A stretch of 64,000 nt of DNA from Octopus vulgaris (taxonomy: Eukaryota): positions 7,936,001-8,000,000 of the forward strand of contig OX597830.1 in assembly GCA_951406725.2 (NCBI GenBank), in the 5' to 3' direction. Position numbers and translations under genes: made by a program. Shown here one piece after another: positions 14,125-28,207 of the stretch. The notes under the pieces were generated by a model. It saw nothing but the letters and a program-made list of their open reading frames with translations, was not told where the DNA came from and searched no databases. The first letter of the stretch is position 1; every line of letters starts with the position of its first letter.

Positions 14125-14300
14125 GCTCAGGTCAGTCCTGATAAAGATATATCATTCAAAGAGTTCCAGCCATAGCCATCCCGTGTAGTATTTAGCATCA
14201 TGTGTCTAATGTAATCTTAAATAGATTTAAGATGGTCTGGTTTGAGCTCAGAGAAGTTTGGCTACTTTTTCTTGCCGATGATGCAATCATATAGAGGTGT
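14125..14300 (+). mobile_element. Old interspersed repeat (family D), highly diverged
   Basis: Same motif order as 58785-58985 and weakly 20740-20945: aggtc.gtc.tgat..cagcc.t..ccatcc..tttaaga..cta.tttt..gccgat. Confidence 0.4.
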
Positions 14301-14494
14301 TTGTTCATGGTCATTGAGAATCTAAAATGGGAAAGTAGTGTTCGTGCGAGTAACGCTTGTCAATGTTGCTGATGAAAAGGAGCAAGGCAGAAACACGCTC
14401 GTCTTGCGATCCAGTGACGTCACTCACGACCCAAAATAAAATATGTTTTTATATAAATCTAAGCAAAGAATTGTCTCCTTGGATTGCAGCAAAA

Positions 14495-14556
14495 GGAATC
14501 GAAACCACAATCTCATGATTCTGAATGTAACACCATAACCACTAGGCCACGCCCTC
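14495..14556 (-). mobile_element. SINE tRNA-head fragment
   Basis: gaatcgaaaccacaatct..taaccactaggccacgcc matches the head at 10797-10858. Confidence 0.6.
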
Positions 14557-14723
14557 TCGTTATATGTATGTATGTATATATGTATGTATGTCACTTATAC
14601 TTCAAACCAAGTTGAACGGAAACGGAATTAAATAGTCATCTGGGAGGTCATGGATGGAAAATCAGAAAAGCAAAACACGAGAAGGCAATCATCAGCGACG
14701 TTGACTATATGTATGATTATATG

Positions 14724-14770
<47 letters not shown>

Positions 14771-14773
14771 ATT

Positions 14774-15163
14774 GTTTTATTTGTTTCAGTCATTTGACTG
14801 CGGCCACGCTGGAGCAAAGCCTTTAGTCGAGCAAATTTACCGCAGGACTTATTCTTTGCAAGCCTAGTAATTATTCTATCATTTACTTTGCCGAACCGCT
14901 AAGTTACGGGGCCGTAAACACACCAGCATCGGTTGTCAAGTGATGTTAGGGGGACAAACACAAACACACACACATACATGTATACATATATATATATATA
15001 CGACAGGCTTCTTACAGTTTCCGTCAATCAAATCTACTCACATGACTGTGGTCGTCCCGAGGCTATAGTAGAAGACACTTGCCCAAGGTGCTACGCAGTG
15101 GAACCGAACCCGGAACCATGTGTTTGGTAAGCAAGTTACTTACCACACAGCCACTCCAGCGCC
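14774..15163 (-). mobile_element. SINE family A, full length
   Basis: Colinear with the reverse complement of 51970-52466. Confidence 0.9.
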
Positions 15164-16244
15164 TTTATATTATACTTACGTATACTACTTATAATTTAAC
15201 CATTATCAAATTTGGTGCTAATACGAAATGAAGAAATGGAAATGAATTTTCAAAGGAAAATGTATTTATTACCTTAAAATAAAATAAAAAAAACAAATTT
15301 CACATTTGTGTAATTCCTCGGGTAACTAATTTCCAATTACTCCCTCTCCCTTTCTCCTTTGTCTCTATGAATCTTTCACTTTCACACTTTGTATGTATGG
15401 TGTTCCTTTACTCCTTGCCTGCCATCAAAACCTAGTATGTGCACTTATTCTGCCCCTCTTATGCTTACTCATATTGTATCTCTCTTTCACCCTTTCTCTC
15501 TCTTTTCCCTCTCCATGTTTCCCTGTCACCCCTCTTTCTCTCTCTCTCTCTCTTTCTCTGTGTATCTTGTTGGATTTGTGTTTCTTAAATGTAAACTATG
15601 ATATTGTTCATTTAGTATTAAAATTCGTCCCTCTGTCACAGACAACCATTATGTAGACACCTTGGTGGCTCTAACTCCACCCTCTCTATCTATCTATCTA
15701 CCTATCTACACATCTGTCTACCTATTTATCTAACCATTTATCTACCTATTTGCCTATCTAGCTATTTTGTTTCACAAAATAGTCTGTTGGATTCGTAGTT
15801 TTTAAATGTAATCTAATATTTTATTTCTTCAGCGTGAGAAAATGGTGTTGCTGTTGTCGTAGTCGTTGTGTTGTTGTTGCTGTTGTTGTTGTTTATAATA
15901 TCGTCTGCAAATACACGGTGTACTGTAAGACGGTGTCATGTTTAGTCATCGCCGAACAGGTTTCAATTTCGTGAATACCCTGCGACGTGTGGTGCTACAT
16001 TTGAACATAGTTCTGATGTTGTACGTCTCACGGGTCTTCTGTAGTATAACATCAATAATTTAGTCATCTAGAGGTGATGTAAATTGTAATGCGGTCACGC
16101 GTCAAACACCAAGCTGTGACGTCATCCGTTATGCGATCACCCGGAACACATCTAAGCGTTTCGTAATCCGTAACACAAAAAAAACATGATCCTGGAAACA
16201 GGAGTGTTTCTATGAAACGAAGGATAAAGACCTAAAATCGGTTA

Positions 16245-16505
16245 ATTGGCCTTCATTCAGTTAAACTCACCAGTTATGCTGGCGATACAAATGTATCACA
16301 AACAGTCAAGAAACCTGTTAATTGCGCAAACCTACGAAAAGACATCAACACGATATTGAAATGGATGAAGAAAACAACATACAGTACAATGCTGGAAAAT
16401 TTAAAACGTTCTACAGTCACCCAACAGACAGATTACAATCAAATTACACAAAACAAAAACCCCACGAAGGATTATTGCAATTTAGGAATCACCATCAGTG
16501 CATGA
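16245..16505 (+). mobile_element. CR1-group LINE reverse-transcriptase relic
   Basis: Manual translation KLTSYAGDTNVSQ..NLRKDINTILKW/[frameshift]EENNIQYNAGKFK..NLGITIS, a decayed (Y/F)ADD region with downstream W..NNM.FN..K and LG motifs. Confidence 0.75.
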
Positions 16506-16557
16506 TAAGGGAATTCACATGAGTAATTATGCATCATTCAATGTGCATTTTACTTCG

Positions 16558-16670
16558 ATAGCAACTGTGCTAAGGCAATTGCGTGAAGGCAACTGTGCAA
16601 AGGCAACTTGAGAAGGCAACTGCGATAAGGCAACTTCCGAGGGCAACCACGCGAATGCAACTGCTCGAGG
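16558..16670. repeat. 13-14 bp minisatellite, 8 units with an aaggcaact core
   Basis: Units read directly. Confidence 0.85.
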
Positions 16671-16867
16671 TGGCATATATACATGCATATGAATGAATAT
16701 ATGTGTGTTTGTGTGTGTATACATGTGTATAAATTGATGTGTGTGTATATATATATATATTTGTATAAATGAATGTATGTATGCATATTTATATATATAT
16801 ATGTCTGTATGTATATATATATACACATACATTCATTTATACACGTGTATATATACATATATACATA

Positions 16868-17029
16868 GGCGCAGGAGTGGCTGTGTGGTAAGTAGCTTGC
16901 TAACCAACTACATGGTTCCGGGTTCACTCCCACTGCGTGGCATCTTGGGCAAGTGTCTTCTGCTATAGCCCCGGGCCGACCAATGCCTTGTGAGTGGATT
17001 TGGTAGACAGAAACTGAAAGAAGCCTGTC

Positions 17030-17081
<52 letters not shown>

Positions 17082-17265
17082 TTGTGTGTCTGTGTTTGTC
17101 CCCCTAGCATTGCTTGACAACCGATGCTGGTGTGTTTACGTCCCCGTCACTTAGCGGTTCGGCAAAACAGACCGATAGAATAAGTACTGGGCTTACAAAG
17201 AATAAGTCCCGGGGTCGATTTGCTCGACTAAAGGCGGTGCTCCAGCAAGTAAAAGAGTAAAGAGT
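16868..17265 (+). mobile_element. SINE family A
   Basis: ggcgcaggagtggctgtgtggtaag..ggttccgggttcact..(TA)n(TG)n..ggggtcgatttgctcgactaaaggcggtgctccagca. Confidence 0.9.
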
Positions 17266-17303
17266 ATATATTTATATATATTCATTCATATACATGTATA
17301 TAT

Positions 17304-17648
17304 GCACCTCGGGCAAGTGTCTTCTACTATAGCCTCGGCCGACCAAAGCCTTATGAGTGGATTTGGTTGACAGAAACGAAAGAAGCTTGTCGTACATATA
17401 TATATATATATATATATATATGTTTGTATGTATATGTATATGCTTGTGTGTTTGAATTTGTCCCCCTACCATAGCTTGACAACCGATGTTGGTGTGTTTA
17501 CGTCCTTGTTACTTAGCCGTTCGGTAAAAGAGACCGATAGATAATTAGTAGGCTTACAAAGAATAAGTCCTGGGGTCGATTTGTTCGACCAAAGCCGGTG
17601 CCCCAGCATAGCCGCAGACATATGACTGAAACAAGTAAAACAAAAGAA
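17304..17648 (+). mobile_element. SINE family A, 5'-truncated, tandem to the previous copy
   Basis: Begins gcacctcgggcaagtgtc and runs to tgactgaaacaagtaaaa. Confidence 0.85.
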
Positions 17649-17649
17649 C

Positions 17650-17879
<230 letters not shown>

Positions 17880-18047
17880 GTGTGGTTGTGTGGAAAGAAC
17901 TTTGTTTCTCCTTAAAATTCCTGGATTTGTGCCAAAATTTGAAACCGATATTTGTTGTTTGACCCAAGTCGAAAATTTTGATATCGTCTACCGCTTCTTA
18001 GCCTTATACGAAATACATACATACATAACTATATATATATACATACC

Positions 18048-18095
<48 letters not shown>

Positions 18096-18714
18096 CACAC
18101 ATACATACAACACGAAATACAAACATACATACATACATATGTTTTTGTGTGTGTGTGTGTGTGGTATAATCGACACTTGAAGGAAAATACTGGTGATCGC
18201 CGTCATGAAACGTGCGTTCGTAAGTCTTCGAGTAAAAATAAATAAATAAATGGAAGTCGAACTTGCTTTTCTTTCGAGATGCTTCTGTAGTCCACTATAT
18301 AAATATTTCTCTATGTGTATATATATGTGTATGCATGTGTATATGTGCATACATGCATGCATGCATACATGCTTACGTACATTCATACATTCATACATAC
18401 ATAAGACGCAGACAGACAGACAGACAGACAGACAGAGATGTATTTTTATATGTATGTATAAATATAGGCAAATATATATACATGCGCTTACATATATACG
18501 TGCGTGCATGCGTGTGTACATATATGGTCACCTGTGTATATAGATATATACATATATATATGTATATATATATATATAGCTATGTATCTATGTGTGTGTA
18601 TATATATATATGTATATATATTTATATATACATATATATATATATGTATGTATATCTATATATACATATATATATATGTATATATATATATATATGTATG
18701 TATCTATATATATA

Positions 18715-18759
<45 letters not shown>

Positions 18760-18793
18760 GTATGTATATATATATACACACACACACACATAC

Positions 18794-18846
<53 letters not shown>

Positions 18847-19623
18847 AGAGAGAGAGACAGACAGACAGACAGGCAGACAAACAGGCAGAAAGAGAGTTTG
18901 CGTGTGTGTATATAATGTAAGATAGATATGTACGCGCGTATTGGTTGGGGTGTGTTGTGTGTAATCACACATCTGAATGTTTGTGTCTATATATGCAAGT
19001 ATAAATGTGTGTGTATGCATGTGTATGTGTGTGTGCATGCGTGTGCTTATGTGATTACGTGTGTGTGCGTGCGCATCTATGTGTGAGTGTGTATTGTATT
19101 CTATTTAGCTGTAGAATATGTTTTGTATGACAGGAGTTGCGTTCGGTAGAATTGAGTTGAAGTCTGTAAGTTGACTGAGAAAACAACAGAGAGAGAGAGA
19201 GTGGGAGGGAGAGGAAGAGAAAGAGAGAGCGAGGGAGAGGGAGAGCAGGAGGCTTTATTAATAGCCGTGTTCGCAGTATTATTAAGTGCTGGCCCCGAGC
19301 TATACCATGGGTTCAAACTAAGTCAGAGGTTGTACAGCCAAAAATCAAAAAAATATCCGTTGTCTATGAACAACGGCGTTGGAGGGGAGGGAGAAGGGAG
19401 AGGAAGAAGAAAATGATGAGGAGGATGAGGAGGAAGAAGGAAAGAAAAGACGTGTGTGTGTGTGGAGAGAGAGAGTGTGTGAAGGAGTCAGGGAGAAAGA
19501 GGGAGAGAGAGAGGGAGAGAGAGTTAGACAAATTTGAGACGGGGATAATTAGATTAAAAATAGCCGAAATTAGGTAAAGATAAAGCTGCCAAGCTTTATC
19601 AGTGTGTGTGTGTGTGTTTGTGT

Positions 19624-19678
<55 letters not shown>

Positions 19679-19989
19679 TGTGTGTGTGTGTGTGTGTGTG
19701 GAGAGATAGGAGACGAGAAATTTTGAAACATATCCATATAGATAGATAGATAGATAGATAGATAGACAGGCGATAGTATATCCTGTTATGAAGAATGGTG
19801 TCTCCTGGTCAGTTTATGTAGGTTAAATGTGAGGGTGGCAGACATGCATAGTTATGTTTAGATGCAAGGTTCAAATCACAAATTTTCCTCATTTAGTCTG
19901 ACCGTTCGTCCACTTTTATATCACATCACTTTTAATTTTGATTTTTCTTTAAAATGATCTTCACTTGTTTTCTATTTTTGAAAACCGCC

Positions 19990-20500
19990 CCTAGCTTACC
20001 AATTCTGATGACCTTCGCTTCATATTTCTGAAATCGATAATTTACTCAGACCGATGGAAGCTTACAAATTATGAAATCGATCACTTGCTTACCAATTCTG
20101 AAAACCTTCTGTTCATTGCTAATCTTGAAAACCTCCAATAGCTTACCAGTTCTAATGTCTATCACCAGCTTACCAATTCCCCAAAACCTTCAATCACTGA
20201 CCAAATATTGATTTCAAACTTTGTCACACGATCAGTAATTTCTGGGAGTTGGGGTTTAATCGATTACATCGACCCTAGTGATCAACTGGTACTTATTTTA
20301 TCGACTCCAAAAGAATGAAAGGCAAAGTCGACCTCGGCGAAATTTGAACTCAGAGCGTAAAGACGGACGAAATACTGCTAAGCATTTCTCCGACATGCTA
20401 ACGATTCTGCCAGCTCGCCGCCTAATCACTTACCAGATATTAATAGCTATTACTACTAACTTACCAATTTTAATTACTATCAGCTTGCCAATACTTGTAA
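19990..20500. repeat. Degenerate ~28 bp tandem repeat (agcttaccaattct core), interrupted by a SINE
   Basis: About 9-10 recognisable cores on both sides of the SINE. Confidence 0.65.
20205..20423 (-). mobile_element. SINE family B
   Basis: atgaaaggcaaagtcgacctcggcgaaatttgaactcag..ttctgccagctcgccgcct. Confidence 0.85.
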
Positions 20501-22024
20501 CCGGCGCTGGTTTCTGGAAGAATATATAAAAATCTGTTCATATACAGACGGACTTTTGAGCGGAGGAAAAGTGTCATTTATTCCCAATTGCCACATAGTC
20601 ACCATATTAGGCAGATGCCTTTGCTCCCCTACATTATATGATTTTTAAAAAAGTCTTCTTTATTTTTCTGTAATTCCTGGAGCGAAAACATTTAGTTTTG
20701 TGTTGCAGTCACAATTTCTTTTGGACTATCGATTTCTCAATCAGTGGCAACGAGCATATGATCGAAGATACTATACCTGACCATTCTGTATATTTCTTTA
20801 TGTGCAGGAAGCCAGGACCACATTCTACAATGCAAAAACATGTTCTTTTCTAAGACTACGGAGGTGATTTGTGGCACATTTACTATTATTTTTGGTAGGT
20901 TTCATGTTGATTTTTTCCTGATAATAAGATCACTGTAGAGACCAAGCACTCCTTTCTTCTCTTTCTTTTTCTCCTTCTGCTTTTCTTTCTTTTCCCCTCT
21001 TCCAGTGTTTCGTTATGTCTTTAACTACCAAGCGCGCGCGAGCACTTGCGAGTGAATGCGTATGCTATTATGTATCTGTGCTTTCGTCTAAAAGATGTGT
21101 TTTCAAGAAACGAATATCACAGCTTTCAAGGCTTTCAACGGTATATATGTATATATGTATATGTATATATGTATATGTGTAGAATTTGGAAGTCTGTATT
21201 GGATACATCACGTGCAATTGGCTGCTTAACCACAACGGATCATCGGGGGGACACTTTATTGCATTATATTACCGAGAACTATTACACGCGCGTGCGTGCA
21301 CACACGCGCACGCCCACACACCCACGCACATAAACATATACATACATAATATACATATATATATATATATATATATATCCGGTAAGTAATTCAAAAGGGG
21401 GCAGCTGTGTCGAACTCCCTCCTTCTCCAAAAGCCAATCGCATAAAAACGCACACTGAAAAGATGATTACACTGGCAGTGCCCCAGCATGGCCTCAGTTT
21501 TGGGGCTGAAACATATAAAAGAAATAAAAGAAAATACACACACACACACATAAAAATATATATGTGGGGGTGCGCGCGCGCATGTATCTTCAGAAAACCT
21601 GTTGCATACATATATACGTAGCTTATGATACACCTGACACTTCGTTAATTTTCCACAGAGTCTGAATAAAAGTCGAGGTATTAAATACTGAAATGCCTTC
21701 GATCTTAGATTTCCTGGATCTAGGCAGACCTTATACGAGTAAACAATAAGTCGAGAATGACCACGGCTAGAGTGTGGTTGATCCTTTGTCCGTAGGATCA
21801 GGGTAAACCGAGGGATATGAAGAATATGAACCAGAGCTTGGTCTAATATACTTTTCTTTCACGAAATTTCTTCCGTTCGTTTTTTTTAAATAATGTAACA
21901 TAAATTAAATACGTTTCATTACTTCGTTCGTACTGAAGAGATCTAACTAAACCGAGATAGCGACTTCTACGAATATTAAGAATATGATAGTTGAAACAAG
22001 AACAAAGGTCAAATTAAATGCATA

Positions 22025-22428
22025 GGCGCGGGCGTGGTTGTGTGGTTAAGAAGCTCGCTTTGGAACCATATGGATTCGGGTTCGGTCCTACTGCGTGGCA
22101 CCTTTGGCAAGTGCCTTGGGTCGGCCAATGTCTTGTGAGTGGATTTAGTGGACGAAAACTATACGGAATCCCATTGTATGTGTTGGGAGATGGAGGTGTT
22201 GGTGTGCGTGTGTATGTGTCTGTGTGTACCTCTTTGTGTCTTTGTTTAAGTGTGCTCTTTGTGTTAGTCTCTCAGGCTTGGCAAGTGGTGTTAGTTTGTT
22301 TACGTCCCCAGGTAAGGGTTAAAAAAATTAGCAGCAGGGTCGATTTGTTCAACTAAACCCTTTAAAGTGGTACCCAAATTTTGGGCGCTGTTCAATGAAT
22401 GAAACCGGTAAAAGATAACAAGATAAAG
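22025..22428 (+). mobile_element. SINE family A, diverged
   Basis: Head ggcgcgggcgtggttgtgtggttaagaagc, ttgtgagtggattt, gggtcgatttgttcaactaa. Confidence 0.75.
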
Positions 22429-23196
22429 ATATTACGACTCTATGATGTATTTCGCTCCAATCCATTTAGTTTATTTCACCAACAAGAAGAAAAAAATTGA
22501 ATTAATTGCTACCAAGATAGTTGCCTCCATTATAATTTTTTAAAAATATCAACCAATGGAAGACCAGATTACAACAACGAGAAATACAGCAAGACACAAT
22601 GAAAAAAACATTCCCTTTAGAAGTACTTTGACACTAATTTGCTGGAGTTTAAGTATAAACACCTTTGATATAGCAAACACCCTTAATGCAACCGATGCCC
22701 ATAAAAGATAGCCTGAATATTATAAATACATCAAACTAAAAGAGAGCAACTTAAAAGTGTAAGGAGGTACAGCTAACTAATAGCTAAATGTATTGACATG
22801 CTGTTTTCGTAAAATAGACAATTACGAATATTTAATGACCATTATCTGGAGAATAATAAATGTAATAGCAGTAATAATAATATTATTGAACAGTAAACGG
22901 GGAATGATAAATATATGTTTAATAATGTTTATATACTGTTATTTAGCATTATCTGAAGCAATAATATATACTTATGTGTCCGATAATATTTTTATGCCAT
23001 TGTTAAATGATACCTACGAAGTAATAAATATATACGCATGTTAATATTGATACAGTATTATTTAACATTAACTAGAGAATAATGAATATGTGTTAAATAT
23101 TTAGTATTATTTAACGTTATCAAGCGAATATTAAATGTGTCCGAATAATATTTTTATGGATTTCCTTAATGTCATCTGAAACATAATACATATGGA

Positions 23197-23568
23197 GGCG
23201 CAGGTGTTGCTGTTATGGTAAGAAATTTGCTTACCAACCACAGGATTTCAAGTTCGGTTTCAAATGTCTCCTACTATAGCCGCGGGTCAACCAAAGCCGT
23301 GTGAGTGTATTTGGTAGATGGAAACTGAAAGAAGCCTATCGTATATATATGTGTGTATGTCTATCTGTCATTGTTTGTCCCACATCACCGCTTCACAACC
23401 GGTGTCGGTGTGTTTATATCCTCGTGGCCTAACGATTCGGTAAAAGAGACCGATAGAATTAGTACTAGGTTTTAAAAAAATAAGTCCTGGAGTCGATTTG
23501 TTCGACTAAAACCTTTCATGGCGGTGCCCCAGCATGACCGCAGTCAATAAAAAGATGAAAGATAAGAT
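23197..23568 (+). mobile_element. SINE family A
   Basis: Colinear with the other copies, with a short deletion in the head. Confidence 0.85.
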
Positions 23569-23673
23569 AACATTTATAGAGCAATATTCAATATGATAAT
23601 AGATATCTCTACATGATAACAACCGACATAAACGTTGATTGGTTGATTTCTCTAGTGACCTTAGATATCGTAT

Positions 23674-23711
<38 letters not shown>

Positions 23712-23972
23712 TAAAAGAGGGATACAGGGTGGGTTAGTGAACATGCAAGGCTTGATGGCAGGCAAGGAGTAAACGAGCGCTACACATTCACACAGATTCA
23801 GAGAAAGTGTGGCAGAGACGAGGAAGAATAGGACAAGGAGAGCGAACACCTAAACAAATGTGAGTTTATATATATATAAACATACAATATTTATACAACA
23901 CTGTTATATATACATACATGTGTATATATATATATGCATACATACATATATATATACCTACACACACAAAAA

Positions 23973-24125
23973 CGACGGACTTCTTTCAGTTCCGTCAACC
24001 AAATCCACTCACAAAGCTTTCGTCGGAACCGAGGCTATAGTAGCCCAAGCTGCCACACAGTGGGACTGAAACCGGAACCATGTGGTTAGTAAGCAAGCTC
24101 CTTACCACACAGCCACTCCTGCGCC
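23973..24125 (-). mobile_element. SINE family A, 5' half
   Basis: cgacggacttctttcagtt..taccacacagccactcctgcgcc. Confidence 0.85.
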
Positions 24126-24146
24126 TATCTATATACATATATATAT

Positions 24147-24179
<33 letters not shown>

Positions 24180-24288
24180 GTAATTATTTGTATATATATG
24201 TGTGTATGTATATACGTATGTGTACATGCATATATGTACGCTAGTATGTATGTATGTATGTATGTATGTATGTATATATATATATGTA

Positions 24289-24321
<33 letters not shown>

Positions 24322-24514
24322 GTGTGTATATATATATTATAATAATGTTATGTATGCCATATTTCCTGATGAAACCCATGGTAGCAAGAAGTACACTTCC
24401 AAAGCTCCCCGTTATATGACTTGTAACACTTTAGTGACATAATAGTTATACAACGCTGTTAAATATTATGTAAAGGATAATAACTACGTAAGTGATAATG
24501 TTTATGTGCCATTG

Positions 24515-24995
24515 CGTCATCTGTGTGGTTAAGTACCTTGCTTTGTAAGCTCGTGGTTTGGGGTTCAGTCTCACTGCGCGGCATCTTGATCAAGCGTCTT
24601 CGGTAATAACTCCCGATTGATTAATTCATGCTGAGGGAATTTGGTTGGCGGAAACTGTGTAGAAACTCGTCTTATATATGAGTGTGTATGCCTCTGTGTG
24701 TGTGCGTGTGCGTGTGCGTGTGTGTGTGTGTGTTTGTGTGTGGGTGTGTGTGTGTGTGAGAGAGATTTCTTGTGCTTGTGTTTGTGTTTGTGTACCCCCC
24801 ACCACTATTTGATAACAGGCATTGGGTTCTTTATAACCGCATAACTTTGCAGTTTGCCAACAGCGACCGATGGTGGATGTACTAGGGATAGAAAATAAGT
24901 CCTGGAATCGATCTTTTGAAGTAAATCCTTTCAAGGCGGTGCTCCAGCATGGCTGCAGTTTAATGACTACAACAAGTCAAAGAATGAAAAGAAGA
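24515..24995 (+). mobile_element. SINE family A, diverged
   Basis: gggttcagtctcactgcgcggcatcttg..aaggcggtgctccagcatggctgcagt. Confidence 0.75.
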
Positions 24996-25065
24996 ACGTC
25001 AGTGTTTAGACATTCTAAGTCCGTAAATGAGATGCCATTCTTGTAGCCATGCAGCAAGACCACGA

Positions 25066-25275
25066 CCTGGCAGAAACGTTAGCATTCCGGACAAAATGCT
25101 AAGCAGCATTTCGTCCGTCTTTATGTTCCGAGTGCAAAATCAGCCAGGGTCGACTTTGTCTTTCATCCTTTCAAAGTCAATAAAAACAGCTCCCCTTGAG
25201 AACACTGGGGTTCGATGTAATCAACCTGACCGCCCCCTTGAAATTGCTGGCCATGTGCCACAAATTGAAATCATT
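25066..25275 (+). mobile_element. SINE family B
   Basis: ctggcagaaacgttagc..ggtcgactttgtctttcatcctttc. Confidence 0.8.
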
Positions 25276-25526
25276 TTTGTAGACATGTAGACCAGTGGGT
25301 TGCTGTAATCGTACAAAATTTCCAAACGCTTTCATTCTGGTTTCAAATACCACCGTGTTAACTGAGTCTTTCATCATTTCAGATTAATGACTTTCACCTC
25401 AAAGTTGCTCGACTCCTCTCTTAACTACAAACAAAAATATTCTAATTATTATGTTTTGCAGTTTCATAAAAAATAGTGCTATACTATAACAAATATTTTA
25501 ATTAATACAAACTTTATATATATATA

Positions 25527-25615
<89 letters not shown>

Positions 25616-25750
25616 GACGTGGAGAGGGGGAGGCCGGTATGCATGGGCGACTGCTGGTCTTCCATAAAACAACCTTGCCCAGACTTGTGCCTCAGAGGGT
25701 AACTTTCTAGGTTGCAAACTCATGGTCAGTGTCTGACCGAAGGGGGTCAC
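25616..25750 (+). mobile_element. 3' fragment of CORE-SINE family C
   Basis: Reverse complement of about 44563-44695. Confidence 0.8.
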
Positions 25751-25887
25751 CACCATATATATATATATCCTTTCAAGGCGGTGCCCCAGCATGGCTGCCG
25801 TTTACACACATATATACATGCATGCATATGTATTTATATATATATATGTATATGTGTGTGTATCTATATATATATACATATGTGTAT

Positions 25888-25939
<52 letters not shown>

Positions 25940-25961
25940 ATATGTATACATATGTATACAA

Positions 25962-26030
<69 letters not shown>

Positions 26031-26031
<1 letters not shown>

Positions 26032-26200
26032 CAATTGCAGCGTGGAAGGTGTTTATAGGCCATTTAAGAAACACACAAAACCGTTAGATTCATTTCAACA
26101 TTTCAATTTAAATTGTCAAAATATTTTCGTCGCTTTGAGACCTGTTCACTGACAAAGCTTCGTGCTGCATCTCAAGTCACTCGCTATGCAAGTACATCTC
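26031..26200 (-). mobile_element. Probable Penelope-like terminal fragment within (TA)n
   Basis: Unique insert between TA runs that carries a minimal hammerhead fold; no coding remnant seen. Confidence 0.5.
26113..26155 (-). ncRNA. Variant minimal hammerhead ribozyme motif (G3:C8 core)
   Basis: UUGUCA-GUGAACA-G-GUC(UCAAAGC)GAC-GAA-AAUAUU-U-UGACAA: perfect 6-bp stem I and palindromic stem III. Confidence 0.6.
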
Positions 26201-26449
26201 CGTATATATTTATATATATGTATATATATATATGTATATATATATATATGTATATATATATGCATATATATGTATATATATACATATCTACATATGTATA
26301 CATATTGACATACATGAATACATATATTTATGGACGTATATATAGCACCACATATTATTCCTTTCCATATTGCACTCTTCGAATATTTTAGTCGATTAAT
26401 TCACCCACAGTAGTTTCAGAGACCCGGTACAGTAAATTCGTGCGTTACA

Positions 26450-26583
<134 letters not shown>

Positions 26584-26660
26584 ATGTGTCTGTGTATGTA
26601 TGTTTAGCATGTATGTACCTATATATATATATATATCTTTATATATATACATAAGTATGT

Positions 26661-26700
<40 letters not shown>

Positions 26701-26832
26701 GTGTATGTATATATATTATATATATACATACATAGGCACGTAGATAAACAGATACATAAATACATAAATATGTGTGCATGCATATACTTGTGTGTTAGTG
26801 CCCGATGTACAGTCTTATTAGGATTTATAAAC

Positions 26833-27247
26833 TGGCTGTGTGGTAAGTAGCTTGCTTACCAACCACATGGTTCCGGGGTCAGTCTCACTGCGTGGCACGT
26901 TGGGCAAGTGTCTTCTACTATAGCCTCGGGCCGACCAAAGCCTTGTGAGTGGATTTGGTAGAGAGAAACTGAAAAAAGTCCATTGTATATATGTATATAT
27001 ATATATATGTTTGTGTGTATGTTTGTGTGTCTGTGTCTGTCCCCCTAGCATTGCTCGACAACCGATGCTGGTGTGTTTATGTCCCATCACTTAGCGGTTC
27101 GGCAAAACAGACCGATAGAATAAGTACTGGGCTTACAAAGAATAAGTCCCGGGGGTCGAGTTGCACGACTAGAGGCGGTGTTCCAGCATGGCCGCAGTCA
27201 AATGACTGAAACAAGTAAAAGAGTAAAAGAGTAAAAGAGTAAAAGAG
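26833..27247 (+). mobile_element. SINE family A
   Basis: Near full length, with a (gtaaaaga)n tail. Confidence 0.9.
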
Positions 27248-27326
27248 ATACATACATCCTTACACATATATATGTGTATATATAAATATTATGTATATAT
27301 ATGTATATATGTACGTATATATATAT

Positions 27327-27377
<51 letters not shown>

Positions 27378-27577
27378 CATACATATATACACTGCATTAG
27401 ACATGTATATGCGTACACAATGAATAACGAAGGTACCTATATATTTAGCATAGATATATAGATAGAGAGAGAGTGAGACAGACTGACAGACAGACAGATA
27501 GATATATTTGTATATATGTATGCATCATGTATTTCTATATATATGTGTGTGTATGTGTGTCTGTACGTATATATATT

Positions 27578-27633
<56 letters not shown>

Positions 27634-27665
27634 CATACATACATACTTAAATATTTACAGACACA

Positions 27666-27713
<48 letters not shown>

Positions 27714-28107
27714 CAACACATATATATCTATATCGAAATGAAACAGGCTGTGGATTCAGATGATCTAAGAATGGATTAGGAGTGTGACTGGATTACACTG
27801 GATTACAGTAATCATCACGCACAACAACGAACATGCATGCAGGCATGTTCGTCTCCTGTCATACACATTGACTCACATCCATAGAGACGTACATAGTTCC
27901 ATGAATACACATACAAGTCCGTCTGCATGATCGAACGTGGAGAGATGGACGCATACATAGAGGCAGTTCAGGGCAGAAGCACTAACGTGTATCGTTACAA
28001 ACATTATATGAAATATACCAGAGGAAGATATATATGTATGTGTGTGCGTGTGTGTGTATGAGTGTGCATAATATGGATATATACTAATGTATACAAATGT
28101 ATATTTA

Positions 28108-28207
<100 letters not shown>

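Noticed and set aside
16558-16670. CRISPR-like repeat-spacer array
   Set aside because: Units are only 13-14 bp, the context is eukaryotic and there are no cas genes.
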